From: Mycoplasmatota bacterium
GTDB lineage: Bacteria > Bacillota_I > Bacilli_A > MAG-NZ
NCBI GenBank assembly: GCA_018394315.1
Contig: CP074575.1
Location: 868,001-932,000, forward strand
Length of the DNA: 64,000 nt
Reading direction: 5' to 3'
Shown: in pieces, positions 9,712-19,084 of the stretch
Layout: every line of letters begins with the position of its first letter
How positions within the stretch are numbered: the stretch's first letter is position 1
Translations under genes and position numbers: made by a program
Notes under the pieces: model-generated
What the model saw: only the letters and a program-made list of their open reading frames with translations
Database searches by the model: none
Told to the model about the DNA's origin: nothing

Positions 9712-10987
9712 TAAAAAAAGAAAATTTTGGGGATTTTATTCTTTAGATTATAAAGCAATGGAAAAATACATTGAAGATATGGCGAGAAAAGGATGGATGT
9801 TAGAGAAAGTAAATAGATTCATTGCTACTTTTAAAAAGACAAAACCTCAAAACATTAAGTGCAGTATTGATGTTTTCCCTAAATCAAAAAGTTTGAATTT
9901 TGAACGTTTAGATGAATATAGACAATTCTGCGAAGAATCTGGGTGGAATTATATAACTGAATATGATAGCTTTCAGTTTTATTATGCTTCTCATAGTGAT
10001 AATCCTATTCCCATACAAACTGATAAAGAAATTGAGAAGACAATTGTAGAAAGTACCATTTTAAAGCGTGAAATAATTAGTAGTATTAGTTTCTTTATTA
10101 TGGTATGCTTGTATTCTTTTATGGGTGTGTTGGATTTTAGGTATACTATGCTTTATAGTAATACTAGTACAATATTGTTATTGGTTATGCCAGTTATGAT
10201 TATTATAATGCTTCTACAAAGTATATATTTAATTATAACTAAGTGGAGAATAAAAAAAGGAATTTCTTCACTTAAATCAAGTTCGAGCAATGCTGTTATA
10301 AGAAGATTTTGCTTTAGTCTCGTACCTGTAATAATCTTATTACTAACTGTAATTGTAATAGTTATTGATGTTATTCTTGGGACAAAGTTTATTGCAGCTA
10401 TTTTTGCACCTATATTTCTAATTGGTGGAACTTTATTTATTTTGAGTAAAAATAAAATCAGCAGTACAAGGATGAAAGTTATAATTGGAATTATTACTCT
10501 CATTTTTGGTACTGTAGCATCATTCTTTAGTACTCTATCATATATTAATTCGGCAATAGGTAAAGCGAACGAATATGGTAGTGACTATCCTGTTATGGAA
10601 TTAGGAGATTTTTTAGAAAGAAAGACTATAGTGGCTGTAAATAGCTTTAGTGACAATTTCAGCATAATTGTGCCTCAAAATTATGTTCATTGGGAGATAC
10701 AAAATGATGGTGTATCCATTAGAACTAAATATTTAATGGCAGCAAATATACATTTTGCAAGTATAATATTCGACGGAATGCTAAATGATGAACTTAGGAA
10801 TGGTGAAACTCAAGTTAATGCAAACAGCTACTGGAATATCGATAAAGCAATATTCATAGAAGATAAGAGTAGAGTTCTACTTCAAAATGAAAATGTTGTA
10901 GTATACATTGAAGGAGACTTTGATTTTAGCAATGATGGTGTTATTAATATAATTAAGAATAAGTTATCTTTAGAAAGTAACACTTAA
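9704..10987 (+). CDS. DUF2812-like membrane protein
   Basis: MEKYIEDMARKGWML and EESGWNY motifs plus TM helices; usual PadR partner, overlapping the padR stop. Confidence 0.8.
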   Translation: MNNKKRKFWGFYSLDYKAMEKYIEDMARKGWMLEKVNRFIATFKKTKPQNIKCSIDVFPKSKSLNFERLDEYRQFCEESGWNYITEYDSFQFYYASHSDNPIPIQTDKEIEKTIVESTILKREIISSISFFIMVCLYSFMGVLDFRYTMLYSNTSTILLLVMPVMIIIMLLQSIYLIITKWRIKKGISSLKSSSSNAVIRRFCFSLVPVIILLLTVIVIVIDVILGTKFIAAIFAPIFLIGGTLFILSKNKISSTRMKVIIGIITLIFGTVASFFSTLSYINSAIGKANEYGSDYPVMELGDFLERKTIVAVNSFSDNFSIIVPQNYVHWEIQNDGVSIRTKYLMAANIHFASIIFDGMLNDELRNGETQVNANSYWNIDKAIFIEDKSRVLLQNENVVVYIEGDFDFSNDGVINIIKNKLSLESNT

Positions 10988-11063
10988 TATCTCGCTTTTC
11001 TATAGATGAGATATTTTAACACTAATATACATATTTACCATTAATAGTGTAATATGCCTTGAG

Positions 11064-11350
11064 ATGATGCTTACAAAGTGTGGTTATAGATATTATTTAT
11101 GCATGGCTTATAAGGAGAATATAGAGAGTGGAGATAATCTTAATTTGGTTGATGATATTTGTCTTCCTTGTCTTATAAAGGAAATTGATAACTGTGCAAG
11201 TTGTAATGAATATATGTGAAACTATTTAGTAGAATCGTTGATTGTGATGAGAAAAATTATTTTGTAAGTAATATATTAAGTGAGGGTCATGAGAATATTG
11301 TTAAACATTATGAGTCTAAAAAAGACTTGAATCAAAAAAAACTAAAAAGG
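11064..11350 (+). pseudogene. DUF3795-like Cys-rich protein, frameshifted
   Basis: MMLTKCGYRYYLCMAYKENI...CLIKEIDNCASCNEY*, continuing in another frame (LFSRIVDC...YESKK). This explains the N-terminal extension of ORF 11216. Confidence 0.55.
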
Positions 11351-11359
11351 AGGGTTAAC

Positions 11360-11899
11360 ATGAGTAGTTTAAAGACTGACCGATTATTACTTAGATCCTT
11401 GAGCATTCAAGATTCGGATAGAATTGAGGAATTAGCAGGGGAATATGATGTAGCTAAGACAACTTTGAATATTCCTCATCCTTACCCCAAAGGGTCTGCA
11501 AAAGAATTTATTAATGGTGTTTTGAACGCTGAGGAAAGTGGAAAGGTTGTTATTTTTGCAATTACTGAGAAGACAACCCATGACTTAGTTGGTATTATGA
11601 GTATACAGTTTTCTAATATTCATAAGCGCGGGGAATTAGCTTATTGGGTAGGTAAACCTTACTGGGGAATAGGATATGGGACTGAAGCAGCTAAATCTAT
11701 ATTGTCATATGGGTTTGAGGAGCTTAAACTTAACAAGATTTATGCACAAGCCTTTACTGCAAATCCAGGGTCGTGGAGAGTAATGGAGAAAATTGGACTT
11801 AAATACGAAGGTACGCTAAAACAACATGTTTTTAGATTCGGTAAATTCTACGATTTAGTTTGTTATGGGCTTACGAGTGATGCTTATTTAAAGAAATAA
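11360..11899 (+). CDS. GNAT N-acetyltransferase, RimJ/RimL family
   Basis: LKTDRLLLR, ELAYWVGKPYWGIGYGTEAA, NPGSWRVMEKIG; SD AGGAGG before ATG 11360. Confidence 0.92.
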   Translation: MSSLKTDRLLLRSLSIQDSDRIEELAGEYDVAKTTLNIPHPYPKGSAKEFINGVLNAEESGKVVIFAITEKTTHDLVGIMSIQFSNIHKRGELAYWVGKPYWGIGYGTEAAKSILSYGFEELKLNKIYAQAFTANPGSWRVMEKIGLKYEGTLKQHVFRFGKFYDLVCYGLTSDAYLKK

Positions 11900-11940
11900 T
11901 AAAAATCGGAGTGGTATAAAATTACCAGTCCGATTTTTAT
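11899..11940. terminator. Bidirectional intrinsic terminator
   Basis: ATAAAAATCGGA.TGGTA...TACCA.TCCGATTTTTAT inverted repeat between convergent genes. Confidence 0.8.
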
Positions 11941-12003
11941 GTTCACTAAGAACTTGATATTATTTTTTAATTATGAAGTGATATACAGTATTTTTCTTTA
12001 TGT

Positions 12004-12879
12004 TTAAAAAATATCTAAATCATTACCTGAAACAACTTCTCCTTTGTAATTCTCTTTAATGTCTTGTAGTATCTCGTATTCCCTTTTTCTGAGTTTAAGT
12101 TTAAGATCTTTATCATCGCTCTGAAGATCTAACATAAATAATTGATGATACAATATTAAAAGATTCGGTTTAACCTTTGATGCGATTACACCAAGTTCAT
12201 AAGAAGAAGTATGAACACTGGAATGGTAATTTTTCCACTCGGTAGACCTATCTTTAATTCCAGCATTAGAGTATACTTCGTGAATTAAAATATCACAATC
12301 TTTAGCATAGCTTATAATATTCCCATTTGGTGATGTATCTCCGGAGATTACTATTGTTTTGGTTGGTGTGTAAAACTTATATCCATATGCTTCAAATGAA
12401 CCATGAGTTACCGGAAATGCTTCGACTCTTACATATTTATCTTGATAGATTGTTCCTGGACTAATTTCATTCACATCAACTTTCCAGCCTTTATCATTTG
12501 CTGGCTCGAGCCCGTTGATTCGCTCAAGTATATCTTGTTTATATGCTTTCAATATGTGTTTTGTCATTTCTTTTAATCCTTTGGGTCCATAAACCTCTAG
12601 TGATTTGTCTCTTTCTAATACCCAAGGAGAAAATATCAGATCTGGATACCCAATTGTGTGGTCTGAATGTAAGTGTGTTAAAAATGCTCGTTTTAAGTTT
12701 TTTGGTTTAAGAGCTTCGATTCCATTCCTGTATGCTTTGGCAGCTTGCCTAACGACTCCTGGTCCAAAATCAACTATATATGAGTTTTCACCTACAATAA
12801 CTGCTACAGATGGTCCAGAACGATCTGGATCGGCATTTGGAGTTCCTGTTCCTAATAAAACGACTTTTGTATTTATCAT
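12004..12879 (-). CDS. MBL-fold metallo-hydrolase (RNase Z/arylsulfatase-like)
   Basis: LLGTGTP, THLHSDH, ISGDT, LIHE and HTS motifs. Confidence 0.88.
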   Translation of the reverse strand: MINTKVVLLGTGTPNADPDRSGPSVAVIVGENSYIVDFGPGVVRQAAKAYRNGIEALKPKNLKRAFLTHLHSDHTIGYPDLIFSPWVLERDKSLEVYGPKGLKEMTKHILKAYKQDILERINGLEPANDKGWKVDVNEISPGTIYQDKYVRVEAFPVTHGSFEAYGYKFYTPTKTIVISGDTSPNGNIISYAKDCDILIHEVYSNAGIKDRSTEWKNYHSSVHTSSYELGVIASKVKPNLLILYHQLFMLDLQSDDKDLKLKLRKREYEILQDIKENYKGEVVSGNDLDIF

Positions 12880-12908
12880 TGTAATTTCCTCCTTTAATAA
12901 ATTATATA

Positions 12909-14480
12909 CTATTCTCCACTTTCACCATAGTTATCTAATACTCTTGCACTCGGATCCTTTACATTACATCCGTCCCATTCCTTGTTTGGCATCCAAAAGT
13001 CAACTATTAGGCTTTCTCTATTTGAGTAATATTTTTCGAATATTTCTCTATACAATAGTGATTCCTTAGTAAATGGAGTCTTATTATTATATTTTTTTCT
13101 TCTTTCTTCAAATTCATTATCAGTAAATTTCTTTTCTGCATACTCTTTTATATAATCAACTAAAGAATGACCGACTGCATCACTAAAAGCTGCTTTTTCT
13201 CTATACAATATATTGTTTGGTAAATAATCACCTTCAAATGCTTTTCTCAATAGATATTTTCCTTGTCCATAGGAATTGATTTTTTTGCTTGGATTAATAC
13301 TCATTACATAATCAACAAAATCTAAATCTCCAAATGGTACTCTTGCTTCAAGAGAATTACCAGCTATACATCTATCGGCTCTTAGTACATCATACATAAA
13401 TATTTCTTTTATTCGTTTCATAGATTCCTTCTGGAATTCACTCTCACTAGGAGCAAAATCAGTATATTTATATCCGAAAAGCTCATCACTAATTTCTCCA
13501 GTTAAAACTACTCTAATATCCGTTTGCTCTCTAATATATTTACATATTAAGTACATTCCAATAGATGCCCTAATAGTTGTAATATCCCAGGATTCTAGTT
13601 TGTAGATTACTTCTTCAATAGAGTTTAACACATCGTCTTTTGAAATTATTACTTCTGTGTGATCACTTTTAATGAACTCCGCTACTTCTTTAGCATATTT
13701 TAAGTCTATCGCATCCTTTTCCATTCCGATTGAGAATGTTTTAATTTGCATATCTAATTTTTTAGAAGCGATAGAACATACTAGGCTTGAGTCTAAGCCG
13801 CCACTAAGTAAAAAGCCTATAGGAGCATCTGAAGGTAACATCTTTTCAATACCTTTGGTAAGTCTTTTGTTTAAACCGGTAGTTATATCTTTTAAGCTAT
13901 CATTAATATAGGTACTAGCTTTACTAGGATCGTAATATCTTATAAATTTTTCTCCGTCATAATAATGCCCTGGAGGGAATGGATAAACTTCACTACAAAG
14001 TTCATTTATAGCCTTTACTTCTGATGCGAACATAATTGAATTCGATACTTTAGAATACCCGTAAAACATAGGTCTAATTCCGATTGGGTCTCTACCGGCA
14101 ATAAACTTATTTATTCTTTTATCATACAAACAAAGAGCAAACTCACCATCAAGCATCTTAAAAAAATCTGCTTCGTATATCTTATATAATGGAAGTAATA
14201 TTTCACAATCACTTTTTGATTTATACTGAATTTCTAAATCTTTCTTTAAATCTAAATAGTTATATATTTCACCATTACAAACAATCATATTCTCCTCATA
14301 CTTAAATGGCTGCATACCTGCTTCGCTTAAGTCCATAATACTCAGTCTATGAAAACCGAAAATTCCTTTGCCTATCACAATCCTAGTCATATCGGGACCA
14401 CGGTGTTTAATCTTATAGAACTCTCTCTCGTACTCCTTTAAGTCAATATCAGTTTCTGAATAAACTAAAAATCCACACAT
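12909..14480 (-). CDS. asnB: Asparagine synthase (glutamine-hydrolysing)
   Basis: N-terminal MCGF (Ntn Cys), HRGPD, NGEIYNY, LLSGGLDSS, GEISDELFG, EARVPF. SD AAGGAGG before ATG 14480. Confidence 0.96.
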   Translation of the reverse strand: MCGFLVYSETDIDLKEYEREFYKIKHRGPDMTRIVIGKGIFGFHRLSIMDLSEAGMQPFKYEENMIVCNGEIYNYLDLKKDLEIQYKSKSDCEILLPLYKIYEADFFKMLDGEFALCLYDKRINKFIAGRDPIGIRPMFYGYSKVSNSIMFASEVKAINELCSEVYPFPPGHYYDGEKFIRYYDPSKASTYINDSLKDITTGLNKRLTKGIEKMLPSDAPIGFLLSGGLDSSLVCSIASKKLDMQIKTFSIGMEKDAIDLKYAKEVAEFIKSDHTEVIISKDDVLNSIEEVIYKLESWDITTIRASIGMYLICKYIREQTDIRVVLTGEISDELFGYKYTDFAPSESEFQKESMKRIKEIFMYDVLRADRCIAGNSLEARVPFGDLDFVDYVMSINPSKKINSYGQGKYLLRKAFEGDYLPNNILYREKAAFSDAVGHSLVDYIKEYAEKKFTDNEFEERRKKYNNKTPFTKESLLYREIFEKYYSNRESLIVDFWMPNKEWDGCNVKDPSARVLDNYGESGE

Positions 14481-14512
14481 TCTTATATCCTCCTTATTTT
14501 TTTGGAGAAATA

Positions 14513-14775
14513 AAAAAAACAACTACTTCCCCCATAATCATGGGACGAATAGTTGCGATATCCGCGGTGCCACCCAAATTGCCTAACTTGACCTCTTTTA
14601 AGTTCTAATAAACCTAAGCAGTATGGTAACGGACTACATCCGACTTAGTCTACTCTCATAAATGATTTCGGTAAGCAACTCGGAGGTGTTCTTCATATAA
14701 AAATTATTACTAGTCTTCCATCGTCACTAGCTTGCTGAAAATAATAGTGAATATTACTTTTCCTCGTCAAAGTAT
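14513..14775 (-). ncRNA. T-box riboswitch with Asn (AAC) specifier
   Basis: Minus strand: T-box AATTTGGGTGGCACCGCGG (14562-14580), terminator CAACTATTCGTCCCATGATTATGGGGGAAGTAGTTG followed by a T-run, and specifier loop GAAG-AAC-A (14688-14690). Confidence 0.93.
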
Positions 14776-14782
14776 TTTCATT

Positions 14783-14811
14783 AGTATAAATTTATTTTCC
14801 TTTGATGTCAA
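14783..14811 (-). promoter_or_regulatory. Sigma-A promoter of T-box/asnB
   Basis: TTGACA-17-TATACT on the minus strand. Confidence 0.8.
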
Positions 14812-14948
14812 GAATTAAATAATGAAAGGGTTTTAACCGCTCTTTTACACAAAGTAGAAACAAATAATGATAATAAAGACTAGTAATACTGCTGACCGAC
14901 TGAATTATTATAATTTTATATAATTATTTCTTAAATTTCTAAATTCTC

Positions 14949-15021
14949 TTGACTTTTAAAGAAGTCTACATTAAAATGTTTATAACGTTAAAAAAAGTTG
15001 AACGTTGAAATACTTTTCACG
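14949..15021 (+). promoter_or_regulatory. Promoter and candidate operator of the MFS-ArsR operon
   Basis: TTGACT-17-TAAAAT followed by two tandem imperfect palindromes (CGTTAAAAAAAGTTGAACG, CGTTGAAATACTTTTCACG). Confidence 0.55.
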
Positions 15022-15032
15022 AGGAGGATAAG

Positions 15033-16346
15033 ATGGATATTGTAAAAAAAGAAAAAGGAATATTGGATTTATTTAGGAATAAAAATTATCTAAAGTTGTT
15101 AATTGCTTCTAGTGTTAGTCGATTTGGTGATGCTCTAGATGCAATAGCTTTTGGATACTTGGTTTATAAGATTACTGACAGTGCTTTGTTGATGGGGCTT
15201 TTGTTTGCATGTAATGCTATACCCAATATTATATTTGGGATTCATGCTGGGATATTTGTTGATAGACATTATAAGAAGATTATAGCTGTTAGTGCTGATA
15301 TGATAAGAGGATTGATTGTGATTACTACAGTTTATTTACTTCTGAATGGTTTATTAGAGACATGGTATTTATTTGTTGTCACTTTCATAAATTCAACAGT
15401 TGAAACATTTGCTTCGCCTGCAAAAACATCTATCTTTACCCGTGTTTTAGATGAAGATGATTACTTAACAGGAAGTTCATTAAGTAAGTCTGTAAACTCT
15501 GTAGCTGACCTACTGGGCTTGGGATTAGCGGGAGGTATTGTAGTCTTTTTAGGAACAAGTGGGGCATTACTTGTGGACTCTGCGACGTTTATAGTTAGTG
15601 CTATTTTCATCTTCGTAATGAAATTTAATGATGAACTCAAAAATGATGTGGTTAAATCAAATTATAAAGATGATTTTAACGAAGGCTATAGTTTTATTAA
15701 ACAAAATAGATTTATAATAATAATAATTTTATTATTCGCTTTAACTAATGTTGTACTAGTACCATTTAACGTATTTAGATTTATGTTTATAGAAGAATAC
15801 TTATTGGAAGAAGTAACACTAGTATCAGGAGTAGGAATTGCTATTACTATTGGAATGATTCTAGGAGGATTAATTGCAGCTAAAATTGGTAAAAGGTTTA
15901 AGGTTAATCATTTAGTAAGCGGTGGTATGAGTTCATTAGGATTTGGAGTTTTTATATTTGGTATTGCACCTTTACTTTTAAATTATCGATACTTTATGTT
16001 AATATTGATATATAGTGTAGCAATTCTTATGGGTATGGGAGTTACGATTAGTACTAGCGCTTTGGGTGCTCATTTAATGAAAATAATCCCAAAAACAATG
16101 ATTGGAAGAATTATGGCAGTTATGAATATGCTATTATTAACAGTTACTCCGGTGGCAGCTGCTATTATAGGGGCCATAGGAGAAGTAATAAGACTAGATA
16201 TTATTTTTATAGTCTGCGGTATGATTCAATTGACTGTAGCTTTATCATTGTTTTTTATAAAAGGATTCAATACAGATAGCGAGGAAATTGTACATGAAAG
16301 AAAAAATTGTATTTACAGAAATAAAAGACATAAGAACGCTCATTGA
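15033..16346 (+). CDS. MFS transporter (DHA3/Mef-like efflux)
   Basis: About 12 TM segments; SRFGD, GIFVDR..K, DMIRG, IGRI motifs. Confidence 0.9.
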   Translation: MDIVKKEKGILDLFRNKNYLKLLIASSVSRFGDALDAIAFGYLVYKITDSALLMGLLFACNAIPNIIFGIHAGIFVDRHYKKIIAVSADMIRGLIVITTVYLLLNGLLETWYLFVVTFINSTVETFASPAKTSIFTRVLDEDDYLTGSSLSKSVNSVADLLGLGLAGGIVVFLGTSGALLVDSATFIVSAIFIFVMKFNDELKNDVVKSNYKDDFNEGYSFIKQNRFIIIIILLFALTNVVLVPFNVFRFMFIEEYLLEEVTLVSGVGIAITIGMILGGLIAAKIGKRFKVNHLVSGGMSSLGFGVFIFGIAPLLLNYRYFMLILIYSVAILMGMGVTISTSALGAHLMKIIPKTMIGRIMAVMNMLLLTVTPVAAAIIGAIGEVIRLDIIFIVCGMIQLTVALSLFFIKGFNTDSEEIVHERKNCIYRNKRHKNAH

Positions 16347-16863
16347 CCCATACAGATTGAAGATACTAAGGACATTTACAACTGAAAACGAACAACTTAC
16401 TGCCAAGATGGTTGCTGACATTTTGGAGGAAGTACCATCTAAAGTAAGCTATCATATTAAAAAGATGGAAAAAACGGGAATTCTAGAAATCGTCAATACA
16501 AAAGTAATTAATGGAATAGTTGCTAAATACTATTCACCAACTGCAAAAGAATTTCGAGTAGAGACACTAGAAGAGGATGATTTTAAGTATTTGGAGTTAA
16601 ATAATATATACTCTGATATTATAAATGATTTCAAAAAGTCATTTATTAGAGCAACAAATAATATTAAAAATCCTACGGTAGTTTTAGGAAAACAGGTGTT
16701 CTTGAATGAGGAACAATTTAGTGAACTAAGCAAGATCATAAATGATAAAATACTTGAATTTCAGGATAGTGGTGAAGGTAAAGATAGTTACCAAGCATTC
16801 TTTACGCTATATGGAGAAAATGATTTGAAAAATATTATTAAAACAAACATGACAAAATTATAA
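16294..16863 (+). CDS. ArsR-like winged-helix transcriptional regulator
   Basis: DPYRLKIL..TAKMVADIL..SKVSYHIKKM..GI..NGIVAKYY. Confidence 0.85.
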   Translation: MKEKIVFTEIKDIRTLIDPYRLKILRTFTTENEQLTAKMVADILEEVPSKVSYHIKKMEKTGILEIVNTKVINGIVAKYYSPTAKEFRVETLEEDDFKYLELNNIYSDIINDFKKSFIRATNNIKNPTVVLGKQVFLNEEQFSELSKIINDKILEFQDSGEGKDSYQAFFTLYGENDLKNIIKTNMTKL

Positions 16864-16898
16864 GATTTCTTTTTTAAAAAGGTATATTGGGCTGAGTC

Positions 16899-16945
16899 GG
16901 TAATAAAATAAATATCCTAATAGGAGTTTATTTTATTACCTTTTT
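16899..16945 (+). terminator. Intrinsic terminator
   Basis: GGTAATAAAATAAA...TTTATTTTATTACC followed by TTTTT. Confidence 0.75.
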
Positions 16946-17064
16946 ATAATCTTACCAAGATTAATTTTAATGATAACGCTTTTAAGTTGTTATTTAATCA
17001 AAAATAATATAACCTTAATAGGGTTTATGTAGAAAATGTATAAATATAAAATTTAGAGGTAATT

Positions 17065-18876
17065 ATGAGAAAAGATATTATAAATATAGCAGTGGTTGCA
17101 CACGTTGATGCAGGTAAATCCACACTAGTTGATGCACTTTTATCTCAAAGTGGATCAGAAAAAGTAGATATAGAACAAATAATGGATAGTAATGACTTAG
17201 AACGTGAAAGAGGTATTACAATCTATTCTAAGAATTGCTCAATTGAATATAAGGGCATTAAAATCAATATTGTTGATACTCCTGGTCATGCCGACTTTTC
17301 ATCGGAAGTTGAGAGAATCATTAAAACTGTAGATACTGTAGTTTTATTAGTAGATTCAAGTGAAGGGCCAATGCCGCAAACTAGGGTGGTTCTTAAGAAA
17401 GCTCTAGCAAGAGGGTTAAAACCAATTCTTTTAGTCAATAAAATCGACAAGAAAGATCAAAGAGCTGAAGAAGTCGTTGATATGACATTTGATTTATTTG
17501 TAGAACTAGGTGCAACGGATGAACAATTGGATTTTCCAATTTTATATGGAGTTGCGAAACAAGGGATTATAAAAGAAGAAATTGATGATGATAGTAACTC
17601 ATTAGAACCTTTATTTAATTTATTATTAGATCATGTAGATGTGTACCCAGATTATTCTAATGAAGACTTGCAAATGCAAGTATCTTCTTTAAGCTATAGC
17701 GAGTACCTAGGTAGACAAGGCGTGGGTAGAGTTAACAAAGGTATATTAAAAAAGGGTGCTTTTGTGACGGTTTGTAAACGAGATAAAACTGTTGTTAAAT
17801 CAAAGATCGGTACAATTTATATTAATGAAGGTTTAAGGAAAAAAGAAGTTGATGTTGCTTACTGTGGTGATATCGTAACTTTCACTGGTATTAGTGATAT
17901 CTCAATTGGTGATACAGTGTGTAAACTTGATAGTCCTAACCCTATGGATACAATCGAAATTGAAGAGCCTACTATGGCTATGAATTTCTTAGTGAATGAT
18001 TCGCCATTTGCTGGAATCTCAGGAAAATATGTTACATCAAGAGAAATTATGGAGCGTCTGGATAAAGAGTTAGAAACAAATGTTGGTTTAAGAGTTGAAC
18101 AACTAAAGGAAAGTGGCGGATTAAAGGTATCTGGTCGTGGAGAATTACATTTAAGTATTCTAATAGAAAGAATGAGAAGAGAGGGTTACGAGTTATGTGT
18201 CTCAAAACCTGAAGTGCTTTTACGTGATATAGAAGGTACTCTACATGAACCATTTGAAAAAGTGATTGTGAGCGTACCAAATCAATATTCTGGAACAATC
18301 ATTAATCAACTAAATGTTAGAAAAGGTATCATGAACTTTATGGATTCTGATGGCAGTTATACAAAACTTGAGTACCTCGTTCCAACTCGTGGACTAATAG
18401 GATACAGAAGTGAATTTATCAATAGTACTCATGGTTACGGAATTATGGAAAAGTCATTTGATAGTTATAATCCTTATGTAGGAAAAATCCAATCCAGAAT
18501 AAATGGAGTATTTATAGCAAAAGAAGATGGGAAAGCAATGACTTACTCGTTACTTGCATTAAGTGAACGCGGTGTAATGTTCGTTGAGCCAGCAACTAAA
18601 GTTTATACAGGAATGATTGTTGGAATGAACAGTCGTGATAATGACTTAGTCGTAAACCCGTGTAAAAATAAGGTACTGTCAGCAATGAGAACTGCAGGAA
18701 CTGATAATTATGTAAAATTAAAAGAAACTAGAAAGTTTACTCTAGAACAAGCCTTAGAATTTATAGAACAAGATGAATTAGTTGAAATTACACCTGATGA
18801 TATAAGATTGAGAAAAAAAATATTAAATGAAAATGAACGTAGAAGAGCTAATAAAGTAGCACGTAGTGATGCATAG
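17065..18876 (+). CDS. typA: Translational GTPase TypA/BipA
   Basis: AHVDAGKST, DTPGHADF, NKID, GRGELHL..MRREGYE, DELVEITPDDIRLRK. Confidence 0.97.
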   Translation: MRKDIINIAVVAHVDAGKSTLVDALLSQSGSEKVDIEQIMDSNDLERERGITIYSKNCSIEYKGIKINIVDTPGHADFSSEVERIIKTVDTVVLLVDSSEGPMPQTRVVLKKALARGLKPILLVNKIDKKDQRAEEVVDMTFDLFVELGATDEQLDFPILYGVAKQGIIKEEIDDDSNSLEPLFNLLLDHVDVYPDYSNEDLQMQVSSLSYSEYLGRQGVGRVNKGILKKGAFVTVCKRDKTVVKSKIGTIYINEGLRKKEVDVAYCGDIVTFTGISDISIGDTVCKLDSPNPMDTIEIEEPTMAMNFLVNDSPFAGISGKYVTSREIMERLDKELETNVGLRVEQLKESGGLKVSGRGELHLSILIERMRREGYELCVSKPEVLLRDIEGTLHEPFEKVIVSVPNQYSGTIINQLNVRKGIMNFMDSDGSYTKLEYLVPTRGLIGYRSEFINSTHGYGIMEKSFDSYNPYVGKIQSRINGVFIAKEDGKAMTYSLLALSERGVMFVEPATKVYTGMIVGMNSRDNDLVVNPCKNKVLSAMRTAGTDNYVKLKETRKFTLEQALEFIEQDELVEITPDDIRLRKKILNENERRRANKVARSDA

Positions 18877-18899
18877 TATTATTTGAGTTGAATTTTGTG

Positions 18900-18928
18900 T
18901 TGACACAGTAATTTTATTATGTTAAGAT
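18900..18928 (+). promoter_or_regulatory. Sigma-A promoter of SAM riboswitch/metNIQ
   Basis: TTGACA-17-TAAGAT with TG extension. Confidence 0.7.
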
Positions 18929-18942
18929 TTTGAAAACTAAAT

Positions 18943-19064
18943 ATTATCTAGAGCAACTGAGGGATAGGCCCTATGACGTTGCAGCAACCCTTATTATTAA
19001 GAAGGTGCTAATTCCTAAAGATAAGAATAATAAAAATATAACTTATCTTATGATAAGTTTTTTT
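18943..19064 (+). ncRNA. SAM-I (S-box) riboswitch with terminator
   Basis: TTATC-TAGAG..GAGGGA..GGCCC..GAC..GCAACC..GGTGCTAATTCC..GATAAG core; terminator AACTTATC-TTAT-GATAAGTT plus T-run; upstream of the methionine ABC transporter. Confidence 0.93.
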
Positions 19065-19084
19065 AATTTCTACAGGAGGTTAAT

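Noticed and set aside
14481..14522. N-terminal extension of AsnB in the ORF track
   Set aside because: The Ntn amidotransferase needs Cys at position 2; the extension covers the SD and T-box terminator.
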